Translations under genes and position numbers: made by a program
Notes under the pieces: generated by a model
The model's input: the letters and a program-made list of their open reading frames with translations, nothing else
Told to the model about the DNA's origin: nothing
Databases searched by the model: none
Source of the DNA: Parcubacteria group bacterium CG10_big_fil_rev_8_21_14_0_10_36_14
GTDB lineage: Bacteria; Patescibacteriota; Patescibacteriia; GCA-002772895
Assembly (NCBI GenBank): GCA_002772895.1
Contig: PFCS01000050.1
Span: 6,728 to 70,727, forward strand
Direction of reading: 5' to 3'
DNA length: 64,000 nt
Shown: one piece after another, positions 9,970 through 19,052 of the stretch
Position numbering within the stretch: position 1 is the first letter of the stretch
Layout of the letters: the number at the start of each line of letters is the position of its first letter

Positions 9970-11328
9970 ATGCTTATTTTAACTAAAATTAAACAATTAA
10001 CTTTACTTTTTGGCGATTTTTTAATACTTCTCGCTTCTCTTTATTTTACCTTGATTGTCCGCTATAGTCAAACTGGAGCAGTAGATCACTGGCAAGAGCA
10101 TTTTTATCCTTTTGCTATTATTTATTTTATCTGGCTTTTAGTATTTTATTCGCAAAATCTATACAATTTGAATTTCGCTAAAAATAATCTCTTCTTTTTT
10201 AAAACACTTTTTGAAGCATTTTTAATAAATATTTTCATAGCGACTTTTTTCTTTTATTTTACTCCTTTTTTCGGAATTGCGCCGAAAACAAATTTATTCT
10301 TAAACGTCATCTTAGCAGGTTGTCTTGTTTTTGTTTGGCGAGGAATTTTCAACCTTTTTACTGCAAAATATTTATTTGTAAATAAAATTGCTTTTTTGGG
10401 ATACTCTAAAGAGGTGGAAGAACTTGCTAAAGCTTTTGAAGCCGAACCTCAACTTGGATATAAAGCCGTGTGTGTTATTCATGATGAAATAATCAACACG
10501 TTTCTTAAACAAGTATCAATGCATGAGCTTCTAAATAGTGTCAAAGAACTCGGCGTTAATACTGTAGTAATCCACCATGGAAAAAATCTTGATAACGACA
10601 CAGCCAATAAACTCTACAAACTTATTTTCTGTGACTTATCTTTTATTAATTTATTAGATCTCTACGAAGAAATAACCGGCAAGCTTCCCTTGGAAACGCT
10701 CTCTCGAGGATGGTTTCTGGAAAACCTAATGGAATCTGAAAAAAAAATATATGACCGAATAAAAATTTTGGGCGACTTTATTCTAGCTCTTTTCTGTAGC
10801 GTAATACTTATTGTTCTTTTTCCTTTTGTTGCAATAATAACACTACTCATAGATAGGGGTCCTGTCTTTTATTCTCAATATCGCATAGGACGAGGAGGAA
10901 GGCCTTTCAAAATATATAAATTTAGGACAATGATAAAAAATGCTGAAAACGGAAATGCGGTGTTTGCACAAAAATCCGATAGCCGTGTTACGCCTTTTGG
11001 AAAATTTTTGCGAAAAACAAGAATTGACGAACTACCACAAATACTAAATGTTCTACGCGGAGAAATGAGTTTCATCGGACCGCGTCCGGAACGACCAGAA
11101 TTTGTAGAAGAATTATCGCAAAAAGCGTCGTTCTATCCTTTGCGTCATCTTTCAAAACCGGGACTAACCGGTTGGGCGCAAATCAACTATCCTTATGCTG
11201 GTAACATTGAAGAAAATGTAAAAAAATTACAATATGATATATACTATATAAAAAACCGTTCTTTCCTTTTGGATGCAACAATAATTCTCAAAACCTTCAA
11301 CATTATCCTAAGATTTAAAGGAAGATAA
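9970..11328 (+). CDS. Priming undecaprenyl-phosphate sugar-1-phosphate transferase (WcaJ/WbaP family)
   Basis: TM N-terminal domain; KFRTM, RKTRIDELPQ, GEMSFIGPRPE, KPGLTGWAQ. Confidence 0.95.
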   Translation: MLILTKIKQLTLLFGDFLILLASLYFTLIVRYSQTGAVDHWQEHFYPFAIIYFIWLLVFYSQNLYNLNFAKNNLFFFKTLFEAFLINIFIATFFFYFTPFFGIAPKTNLFLNVILAGCLVFVWRGIFNLFTAKYLFVNKIAFLGYSKEVEELAKAFEAEPQLGYKAVCVIHDEIINTFLKQVSMHELLNSVKELGVNTVVIHHGKNLDNDTANKLYKLIFCDLSFINLLDLYEEITGKLPLETLSRGWFLENLMESEKKIYDRIKILGDFILALFCSVILIVLFPFVAIITLLIDRGPVFYSQYRIGRGGRPFKIYKFRTMIKNAENGNAVFAQKSDSRVTPFGKFLRKTRIDELPQILNVLRGEMSFIGPRPERPEFVEELSQKASFYPLRHLSKPGLTGWAQINYPYAGNIEENVKKLQYDIYYIKNRSFLLDATIILKTFNIILRFKGR

Positions 11329-11354
11329 AAATCAAACTGTAGCCTTGTATTTAC

Positions 11355-12515
11355 ATGCCATATATTCGCTACCTCAACCATCACTTATCACGACAATTAA
11401 ACGAACTATACGTGAGTACGGTTATTTTTTCTTTTGGACAATCAATGATTTTGCTTTTTATACCGATTTATTTATACCAGCTAGGGTATGACGCCAAAAA
11501 AATACTTTTGTTTTTTGCTGTTCATTATTTTATATACAGTATAATATTGCCTTTTTTTGGAAAAATAATTTCTCGAATTGGCTATGAATCATCAATTGGC
11601 TGGTCTATGCCTCTTTATACTATTTTTCTCGTTTCACTTTTCGGAATAAGCCAATTTCCAATACTCTTTTATATCTCCGCAATCGCCTGGGCAATCTATA
11701 AGTCATTGTATTGGCCGGCATTTCATGCTGATTTTACAAATTACGGTAATATTGATGCTGTGGGAGAAGAGATAGGCTCATTAAAAGTTATAGTAGGTAT
11801 CACAAGCATTTTAGGCCCGACGATTGGCGGTTTTATTTTAATGAAAATCGGTTTTAACGCCTTATTTATTATTGTTGTCGCTTTATCTTTTATTTCTATC
11901 ATTCCTCTTTTAATAAGCAAAGAAAAATACGAAAAACAAGAATATTCAATAAAAAGAGTTCTAAAAAAATTCATCTCACCTCTTTACAGAAATGATGTCA
12001 TTGCCAATTTAGGAACCGGGGAAGATGTTATTGCACAATCAATCTGGCCAATATTCCTCTTAACTATATTCACAAATTATGAAGACATAGGAATACTCAC
12101 TACTATCTCTTTATTTATTGCCTTTATAATGATTATTTTTGTAGGAAAACTAGCAAATAAACCAACACGAACCCGCCTAATCAAAACAACTACAGCAATT
12201 GTTTCCCTTGCTTGGTTTGCGCGTATTTTTTCTTTTAACTGGTTATCACTTTTTGCTAGCGATAGTTTATATAAAACTTCAAAAAGGACACTTGATGTGC
12301 CGGTTCAGGCATTAGTTTACAGTCGACCAAATAGAAAACGCCTTTTGAATTATTTAATCTTTCGAGAGATGGCACTTTCATTAGGTAAAACGCTCACAGC
12401 TATATTGGGATTTTTGGTAGTTCTCTTTACAGGAGAAATGATTTTTACTTTTGCGTTGGCTGGAGTTCTTGCATTATTCTATTTTTATTGGACGGATAAA
12501 ATATTAGAAAAATAA
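11355..12515 (+). CDS. MFS transporter
   Basis: About 12 hydrophobic segments; ILGPTIGG motif. Confidence 0.8.
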   Translation: MPYIRYLNHHLSRQLNELYVSTVIFSFGQSMILLFIPIYLYQLGYDAKKILLFFAVHYFIYSIILPFFGKIISRIGYESSIGWSMPLYTIFLVSLFGISQFPILFYISAIAWAIYKSLYWPAFHADFTNYGNIDAVGEEIGSLKVIVGITSILGPTIGGFILMKIGFNALFIIVVALSFISIIPLLISKEKYEKQEYSIKRVLKKFISPLYRNDVIANLGTGEDVIAQSIWPIFLLTIFTNYEDIGILTTISLFIAFIMIIFVGKLANKPTRTRLIKTTTAIVSLAWFARIFSFNWLSLFASDSLYKTSKRTLDVPVQALVYSRPNRKRLLNYLIFREMALSLGKTLTAILGFLVVLFTGEMIFTFALAGVLALFYFYWTDKILEK

Positions 12516-12550
12516 TCAGCGGCTAATTCTTATATTCTATTTTTGTATTT

Positions 12551-12576
12551 TTAAAATCCCCTTTCGGGGATTTTAA
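12551..12576. terminator. Bidirectional intrinsic terminator
   Basis: TTAAAATCCCC-TTTC-GGGGATTTTAA, a perfect 11-bp stem between convergent genes. Confidence 0.85.
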
Positions 12577-12580
12577 ATTT

Positions 12581-13483
12581 TTATAAATAGATTTCCTTTA
12601 CTCTTCTTATTCCTTCTTCAATGTTTATTCTAGGTTCCCAATCAAGCAACTCTTTTGCTCTTGTTACGTCCGCGATAGTGTCTTGCGGATCACCTTTTCT
12701 TCTTTCCAGGTACACTCTTTCTCCGCCAATCAAATCGGCTATTTTATTAATACTTTGATTATTGGCCGCTCCAATATTTATAACATCGCCTTTTCCAGCT
12801 TTAGAACTCATTGCAGCTTTTAAATTTGCCTCCACTACATCATCAACATAAGTAAAATCACGGGTAATCTCACCATCACCAAAAATAGTAAATGCTTTTC
12901 CCTCTTTTTTTTGTTTTATAAACGTAGCGATTGCAGTTGTATATGCTCCGTGGAAAGCCATCTTTGGACCATAAACATTAAAATAACGTAAGGAAACGCC
13001 CTCTAAACCAAACAGGTCATAAAAATTTTTTATATAAAGCTCTCCAACATATTTCTGCACTCCATACGGACTAAGGGGCGCTACCGGCATACTTTCTTCT
13101 AAGGGCATCTTAGTTTGTGCGCCATATGCAGATGATGATGCTGAATATACAACGCGCTTCAATCCATTTTCTTTGGCCGCCATTAAAACATTAATCGTCG
13201 ACTCAACGTTATTGCGGTTAGTCTCTCTCGGCTTTTCTATTGAAAGGGGCACGCGCGCCAAAGCCGCAAAATGAAAGGCATAATCTACTCCTTTGAAATA
13301 GTGTTTCATTATTTCATAGTCGCAAAGGTCAACTTCATAAAAGCTTGCGCGCGGATCAATATTCTCGCGCACTCCGGTTGATAAATTATCCAATATCAAA
13401 ACTTCGTGCCCAAGATCCAGCGCCTTTTGTGTAAAATTAGATCCGATAAAACCAGCCCCTCCTGTGACTAAAAATTTTGACAT
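12581..13483 (-). CDS. NDP-sugar 4-epimerase (WbpP/GalE-like SDR)
   Basis: TGGAGFIGS, ASSSSAYG, SPYGVQK, LRYFNVYGP, DGEITRDF. Confidence 0.9.
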   Translation of the reverse strand: MSKFLVTGGAGFIGSNFTQKALDLGHEVLILDNLSTGVRENIDPRASFYEVDLCDYEIMKHYFKGVDYAFHFAALARVPLSIEKPRETNRNNVESTINVLMAAKENGLKRVVYSASSSAYGAQTKMPLEESMPVAPLSPYGVQKYVGELYIKNFYDLFGLEGVSLRYFNVYGPKMAFHGAYTTAIATFIKQKKEGKAFTIFGDGEITRDFTYVDDVVEANLKAAMSSKAGKGDVINIGAANNQSINKIADLIGGERVYLERRKGDPQDTIADVTRAKELLDWEPRINIEEGIRRVKEIYL

Positions 13484-13488
13484 ATTTT

Positions 13489-14280
13489 TTATTTTCCTTC
13501 TTTACCAACTAAATTATTATTAATTTCTTCTACGATTTTTAAAAGTCGTTGCTCCGCACCAAGCCGATCACCAAGCTGAATAAATGCTCTTGTATCTTTT
13601 GGAAGACATTTGCCTCCATAACCACGGTAACCTTTGTGCATTACTTTTAGATGAGAAGGGCCTATTCGCTTATCTGCAGCCGCGCACTCAGAAACTAAAT
13701 CATAGTCGGCATTTAATTTTTCACACACATCATACATCTGATTTGCAAAGATTACCTTTGTAGAAAACCATGTATTATTAAAATATTTTATGAGTTCTGC
13801 AACTTTTGCCGGAACAATCCGTTCAAATGGAGCCAAAGGCAACATAAGTACTATATCTTTCGCAACTGTAAAGCTTTTTTCCGTATAACCCACAATTTGT
13901 CTGTCCGGATAACTCATATCCTGGTCAGCCGTAACTTCAGTTAAAAATTCCGGATTAAATAATATCTTGTGCTGAGGGAATTCTTCCTGTAACATATCGG
14001 TAGAACCGGGTAAAATCGTAGATTTTAAAACAATTATTTTTTCGCCTATTAAGATAGAAAAAGCCTGTCTTACATAGGATAAATCAAAGCCACCCCTTTC
14101 TTCATCATAAGGAGTAGGCACACAAACAAAAATTATATCAGCCTTATTGATTTCTTCTTTTGAGTCTAATCCTCTTGGCGGATCATACAAAATTGGCATC
14201 TCACCATTTTTTTCAAAAAAACGGGCCATAGCTCCTCCAACCATCCCTACACCCATTATTCCAATTTTATAATTTTGCAT
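13489..14280 (-). CDS. UDP-glucose/GDP-mannose 6-dehydrogenase, short form
   Basis: GVGMVG, CVPTP, KSTILPG, NPEFL, GYGGKCLPKD; no C-terminal UDP-binding domain. Confidence 0.88.
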   Translation of the reverse strand: MQNYKIGIMGVGMVGGAMARFFEKNGEMPILYDPPRGLDSKEEINKADIIFVCVPTPYDEERGGFDLSYVRQAFSILIGEKIIVLKSTILPGSTDMLQEEFPQHKILFNPEFLTEVTADQDMSYPDRQIVGYTEKSFTVAKDIVLMLPLAPFERIVPAKVAELIKYFNNTWFSTKVIFANQMYDVCEKLNADYDLVSECAAADKRIGPSHLKVMHKGYRGYGGKCLPKDTRAFIQLGDRLGAEQRLLKIVEEINNNLVGKEGK

Positions 14281-14320
14281 ATTAATCTCCTAATAATTAA
14301 AAAGTTTAAGCTAAAATCAA

Positions 14321-15001
14321 TTAGTACTCAATATCATTTTTTGAACTCATTAAGCTTACATTAGAAACTTCCATCAAATTTTGTAGTTCTTTTACAAAAT
14401 TTGTAGCTTCTTTATCATCAATAAATCTAATGTTGAATGTGAAATCAAGTGCCTTCCCTTCTCCACGAGTTCCTATGTTTATTATGTTGGCATATTTTAA
14501 ATATTTATCAAAAATCGGCTTATATGCATTATTGTCCGAGGAGCTGTTCAAATTAAACATTAAAACATAATCATAATTCTTCATTGAGCCAAAGTCTATC
14601 TTAGACAAAACTAACACAACAATCATTATAAGAATGGTTGCAATAATAGCAACTGTATAGTTCCCGGTACCGACTGCCATGCCCGTCACTAATGCCCAAA
14701 AAACAAATGCGATGTCTCTAGTTTCTTTAATCGCAGTCCTAAAACGAATAATAGTAAAAGCACCTAATAGAGTAAACGCGGCGGCGATGCTGTTTCCTAT
14801 TACCATCATTACAATAGAGATGAGGATACTCATCAAGATAAGCGTAAATACAAACGAACGCGAATAAGAAAGACCCGAATGTGTCTTTTTGTATACTAGC
14901 GCTATTAGTACCGTTAAACCAAAAGACAATCCAATGTTTACTACAATAGTGATTGGATTAATTGATAAACCCCCTCCTGCTCCTTGTAAAATATCAAACA
15001 T
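14321..15001 (-). CDS. DUF4956 family membrane protein
   Basis: VIGNSIAAAFTLLGAFTIIRFRTAIKETRDIAFVF..GMAVGTG; soluble C-terminal domain; adjacent to the VTC gene. Confidence 0.9.
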   Translation of the reverse strand: MFDILQGAGGGLSINPITIVVNIGLSFGLTVLIALVYKKTHSGLSYSRSFVFTLILMSILISIVMMVIGNSIAAAFTLLGAFTIIRFRTAIKETRDIAFVFWALVTGMAVGTGNYTVAIIATILIMIVVLVLSKIDFGSMKNYDYVLMFNLNSSSDNNAYKPIFDKYLKYANIINIGTRGEGKALDFTFNIRFIDDKEATNFVKELQNLMEVSNVSLMSSKNDIEY

Positions 15002-15005
15002 ATTT

Positions 15006-15767
15006 TTAGTATTTTAATTGATTATTTTTTTTAATTGTATCTATCCCGTAACAATACTTTGAAAACGCTTCACGATTTAATTCATGCTTTTGGATAACCT
15101 TATGCAACCACCCTGGTAAAATATTATTATACTTTATTTCCATTATTGCTAAATCACGAAAAATTGGATTAAAATTTTTTCTATCTGTAAAACTTCCCGC
15201 GCCAGCCGCTTCAATATCATAGTCAAAGGTTATGCGTAAATTATTATCAAAACGCGAAACTAACGGATTCCTCTTATAGCGAACTAACACTAATGGCAGC
15301 ATTGAATAGCTCCGCTGTCTTACCGTAAATTCTTCAAGAATATCACTATCTCTATCATTTTTTTCAAAATGCAATACCTCACCGCTTATCGCTCTTCTAT
15401 AATTGTCTATGCTTAAAAAAGTTCTATCTTTTACAACGATAGCATCCGACTTCCTTTTAATTTCTAAAAAAATTGTTTGTGGATTATCTAACTGCTCACC
15501 GTAAGTTCTTAAGCGAAGTTTTGCCCTATTTTTCATTCCGCTAATTTTTTCATTGTAGCATCTAAGTGTTGGGCTGTCAAAGTATATACTATTTACAGAA
15601 TACCCATCCTGTCCCAATTCTAAAAATGGATCACGCACTAAATGATTTCTAAGTAGAACGCTATACATTTGACCCATTTCTCTTTTAGGTAAAAAATATT
15701 TAAATTCAAACCTCTGGAATCTATTTTTAATTTTTTGGTTGTCTACACCTACTTCGCTATCGTTCAT
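15006..15767 (-). CDS. VTC-domain (polyphosphate polymerase-like, CYTH/TTM tunnel) protein
   Basis: RFEFKY, SIYFDS, KLRLRTY, FLEIKRK, RITFD, IMEIKY, FSKYC. Confidence 0.92.
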   Translation of the reverse strand: MNDSEVGVDNQKIKNRFQRFEFKYFLPKREMGQMYSVLLRNHLVRDPFLELGQDGYSVNSIYFDSPTLRCYNEKISGMKNRAKLRLRTYGEQLDNPQTIFLEIKRKSDAIVVKDRTFLSIDNYRRAISGEVLHFEKNDRDSDILEEFTVRQRSYSMLPLVLVRYKRNPLVSRFDNNLRITFDYDIEAAGAGSFTDRKNFNPIFRDLAIMEIKYNNILPGWLHKVIQKHELNREAFSKYCYGIDTIKKNNQLKY

Positions 15768-16129
15768 ATTATAGATAAAATTTTATCATTTTTAGAATCT
15801 TTGTAATAAATATTTTTTAATTTACGACTCTGATCTATGTCCGGTAAAATAGTTATTTGCGGATTAGCCACAAATACCTGTTCAACCAATAAAGCATCAC
15901 CGTCTCTGTCAATAGAGATACAATTAATATTCATAATTTTTACAATCGGACTTATTAAAATAGCACCTTGGAGTAACGCCCTTCTAATATCGCCATCACT
16001 CACAACTCCAAGTAAAGTATCGTTTGAATCTACAATAAAAGCTGCCCCCTTCTGATTAGAGTTTATTGCCTCCATAGCTTCCATTATATTGGCAGTTTCA
16101 CTAATAACAAGATCGCTATCTTTAAACAT
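15764..16129 (-). CDS. Stand-alone CBS-domain protein
   Basis: LLGVVSDGDIRRALL; its stop codon overlaps the VTC start (ATGA). Confidence 0.85.
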   Translation of the reverse strand: MFKDSDLVISETANIMEAMEAINSNQKGAAFIVDSNDTLLGVVSDGDIRRALLQGAILISPIVKIMNINCISIDRDGDALLVEQVFVANPQITILPDIDQSRKLKNIYYKDSKNDKILSII

Positions 16130-16133
16130 AAAA

Positions 16134-17279
16134 TTAAAAAGTTATCCTTTTTATTAAAAGTTTGTCATCTATTTTTAAATTCTTTAAAATATTCACGATA
16201 CGTTCTGACGAAGCACCGTCCCCATATGGGTTCACCGCTTGGGAAACAATCGTTTTAAATTCAGCCGACAATGCTCTTTTTATTGCAGACACTACCTCGT
16301 TGGTATCATAACTAGAATGTATTATATTTGTAGCATACTCGCGACCCAACTGTCGTCTACCTACATTAACTGTTGGCAACTTAAAAACAGGTGATTCGAT
16401 AAGCCCGCTTGAAGAATTGCCTATCATTACTGAGGCAACATTCATAATTCCAGCATATTCTCTCCGAGGTAAATTTCTAAAAATTTTCGTCAAAGGCGAA
16501 CGATTTTTATTTATAACATTGCGCACTTCTTTACTTCCGGCATCAGAATTAGGAAAAATAATTACAACCTGTGCACCAAAAGAATTCACTGCCTGCAAAA
16601 CTTTTACAGTATTCTCTGCAGCACTTGCATATTCTTCGGTTACTGGATGCATAACCAAAAGAAAAATGGGCTTACTTGAATCAAAACCAAATTTGTTAAA
16701 AATTTCTTCTTTTGGAGCAATCTCCGAACCATCAACTAGCTCATCCAACATTGGCGCACCAGTATTATAAACCCTAAAATCCTGTTCCCCGCTTTTAATT
16801 AAGCGATCAGCCGCTTGTTGGCTAGCAGCAAAATGAACGTGCGCATATCTTGCAATTGCATGGCGAGTAGCATCATCAATATTCCCCGATACTTCACCAG
16901 CTTGAATATGCGCAACGGGTATATAGAGATGCGATCCTGTTATAGCCGCCATTAACTGCTCCCCTCTATCACCTGCGAGAAGAATAATATCTGGCTTAAG
17001 ACGATCAATAGCTTCTGGAGCTTGCATCAAAAATACTCCAAGAGATTTTACCATCGTTTGATGATTATAGCCATCAAAAGTATTATGTATTGATTCTGAT
17101 ATTTTAAAACCATCTTTTTTTATTTCTTGCGCACTATATCCGAATTCATGCAAAAGATGCAAATTTGTTATAATAATTTCATATTCTAAATCCGGATCTT
17201 TTTCAATCCTTCTAATAATTGGGCGAATATATCCATATTCTCCTCTTGACCCCGTAATTATAGCTATTTTTCGTGACAT
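16134..17279 (-). CDS. neuC: UDP-N-acetylglucosamine 2-epimerase (hydrolysing), NeuC/LegG family
   Basis: TGSRGEYG, GDRGE, GEVSGNIDD, HPVT, PNSDAG, GNSSSG, NPYGDG. Confidence 0.92.
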   Translation of the reverse strand: MSRKIAIITGSRGEYGYIRPIIRRIEKDPDLEYEIIITNLHLLHEFGYSAQEIKKDGFKISESIHNTFDGYNHQTMVKSLGVFLMQAPEAIDRLKPDIILLAGDRGEQLMAAITGSHLYIPVAHIQAGEVSGNIDDATRHAIARYAHVHFAASQQAADRLIKSGEQDFRVYNTGAPMLDELVDGSEIAPKEEIFNKFGFDSSKPIFLLVMHPVTEEYASAAENTVKVLQAVNSFGAQVVIIFPNSDAGSKEVRNVINKNRSPLTKIFRNLPRREYAGIMNVASVMIGNSSSGLIESPVFKLPTVNVGRRQLGREYATNIIHSSYDTNEVVSAIKRALSAEFKTIVSQAVNPYGDGASSERIVNILKNLKIDDKLLIKRITF

Positions 17280-17282
17280 AAT

Positions 17283-17957
17283 TTATTTCAATAAAAAACG
17301 GGCGATTTCTAGATCAAACAGTGTATTTATATCTACGCCCTCTTTTTCTTCAACTACTATAAATGCACTTTTTCCTCCTAAAATTTTGCCACTTTCCTTT
17401 AAAACGCTTGATTTAATAATATACCCTACTCCCGCCTCTTTGTAAAGTGGATCTCTTTCCTGGCTTCTACGCGAAGCATTAGAAAAAAGCGGCGCCCAGT
17501 GGCTATCTTTATTAATCAGCCAAAAGTAGCTTCTATCTTCAATAACAGTACCTACCGAGTCAAATCCTTCATCAATAACCTTATATATCATCTTCTCAAT
17601 CGTATGCTGTTCTCGCATTGGAGAAGTCGGCTCAAGCAATAAAAGATAATCAAAAATCTCGCCTTTTATTAAAAACTCATCTAAAACATTTATTAAAACC
17701 GGTTCTGTTTTTATCATATCTCCAGACAGCTCTGCTGAACGCTTTAATGCTTCCGCTCCATAAGCGGACGCTATAGACAAAATTTTCTCACTATCTGAAG
17801 AAACAACAATCTTATCAATTATAGAAATTTTTTTAGCTAATTCAACCGAATATGCTAAAAGCGGTTTACCATTCAAATCGATGATATTTTTTTCAAGTAT
17901 TCTTTTTGAGCCTCCACGCGCTGGGATAACAGCAACGATTTTTTTATTTTTATACAT
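17283..17957 (-). CDS. neuA: CMP-nonulosonate (acylneuraminate) cytidylyltransferase
   Basis: IPARGGSKRI..KN, GKPL, LEPTSPMR, DINT. Confidence 0.92.
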   Translation of the reverse strand: MYKNKKIVAVIPARGGSKRILEKNIIDLNGKPLLAYSVELAKKISIIDKIVVSSDSEKILSIASAYGAEALKRSAELSGDMIKTEPVLINVLDEFLIKGEIFDYLLLLEPTSPMREQHTIEKMIYKVIDEGFDSVGTVIEDRSYFWLINKDSHWAPLFSNASRRSQERDPLYKEAGVGYIIKSSVLKESGKILGGKSAFIVVEEKEGVDINTLFDLEIARFLLK

Positions 17958-17959
17958 AT

Positions 17960-18994
17960 TTACTCCAAATCATTCCATTGCAAAATAGCATTTTTTGCAA
18001 TATCATGTTTAGTTTTACGACCAAACAAACCCTCTGAAAATATTTTATCTAAAAATTTTGCTGGTATGCCTGTACCCGGACGCGCAGCCCTCAAATTATG
18101 CGCACCAACTACTTCTCCGGCTCCTATGTCGTCCTTGGCTATAACGCTGTGATGAGCCCAATCGCGCACGTCCTGCTCTTCTTTGGTTATATTTTTTTCT
18201 GAAAAAAGTGTTTTCTCTACCTTTCTTATTGCGGAGACCAATTCTTTAAATTCTTCCGGATCTAATGACACGAGGTCGTCTGGTCCATGTAAATCACGAA
18301 TTGTAAAATGTTTCTCAATCACTCGCGCACCTAACGCTACTGCAGCTATAGAGCTATAAATTTCTTTAGTATGATCCGAATGACCAATTAAAATTCCAAA
18401 TTCTTTTTCTAAAATATTAATCAAATTCAAATTCAAATGCTCATAGTTAGCAGGATATTCGGATGTGCAGTTGGTTAGAACAAAATCAACACCTTCTTCC
18501 TTAAGTACAGCTACCGTTTCCCTAATTTCATCCATTGTACACATACCAGTTGAAACAATCATCGGTTTTCTCTTCTTGGCTATATGACGAATCATCGTAA
18601 GATTTGTCATTTCACCAGAACCGGTTTTAAATGCTTTAACTCCAATTTCATCCAAAATATCGGATGCTTCAATACAAAAGGGTGTACATAAATATTGTAT
18701 CCCAATTTCATTACAATACTTCATTAATTCTTTGTGCTGTTCTTTTTCACCAATGTTAACTTTCGCCAAAATTTTGTCTAATGACCCTGCCCAAAAATTA
18801 ATAACATTGGGAACCATTTCTATTTCCGGAATATGTAATTGAAATTTGGCAATATCGGCCCCGACATTTTTTGCCATCCTTATAAGCTCCTTAGCATTTT
18901 CCATATTTCCCATATGTTCGCATGCAATTTCAGCTATAACAACAACTGGGGTAGTTTTTCCAATAATAATATTTCCAAATTTTATATCTTTCAT
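17960..18994 (-). CDS. neuB: Nonulosonic acid synthase, NeuB family, with C-terminal SAF/AFP-like domain
   Basis: IAE, KFQ, CTPF, KTGSGE, VSTGM, GHSDHT, IEKHFT, RPGTGI. Confidence 0.92.
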   Translation of the reverse strand: MKDIKFGNIIIGKTTPVVVIAEIACEHMGNMENAKELIRMAKNVGADIAKFQLHIPEIEMVPNVINFWAGSLDKILAKVNIGEKEQHKELMKYCNEIGIQYLCTPFCIEASDILDEIGVKAFKTGSGEMTNLTMIRHIAKKRKPMIVSTGMCTMDEIRETVAVLKEEGVDFVLTNCTSEYPANYEHLNLNLINILEKEFGILIGHSDHTKEIYSSIAAVALGARVIEKHFTIRDLHGPDDLVSLDPEEFKELVSAIRKVEKTLFSEKNITKEEQDVRDWAHHSVIAKDDIGAGEVVGAHNLRAARPGTGIPAKFLDKIFSEGLFGRKTKHDIAKNAILQWNDLE

Positions 18995-19023
18995 AAATTT
19001 TATATATCCATCTTTTTTAAATA

Positions 19024-19046
19024 AAGCCCCGTCATGGATGGGGCTT
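19024..19046 (-). terminator. Intrinsic terminator after the radical SAM gene
   Basis: Near-perfect 10-bp GC-rich stem (AAGCCCCGTC-ATG-GATGGGGCTT on +), followed by TATTT on the minus strand. Confidence 0.7.
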
Positions 19047-19052
19047 AAAAAA

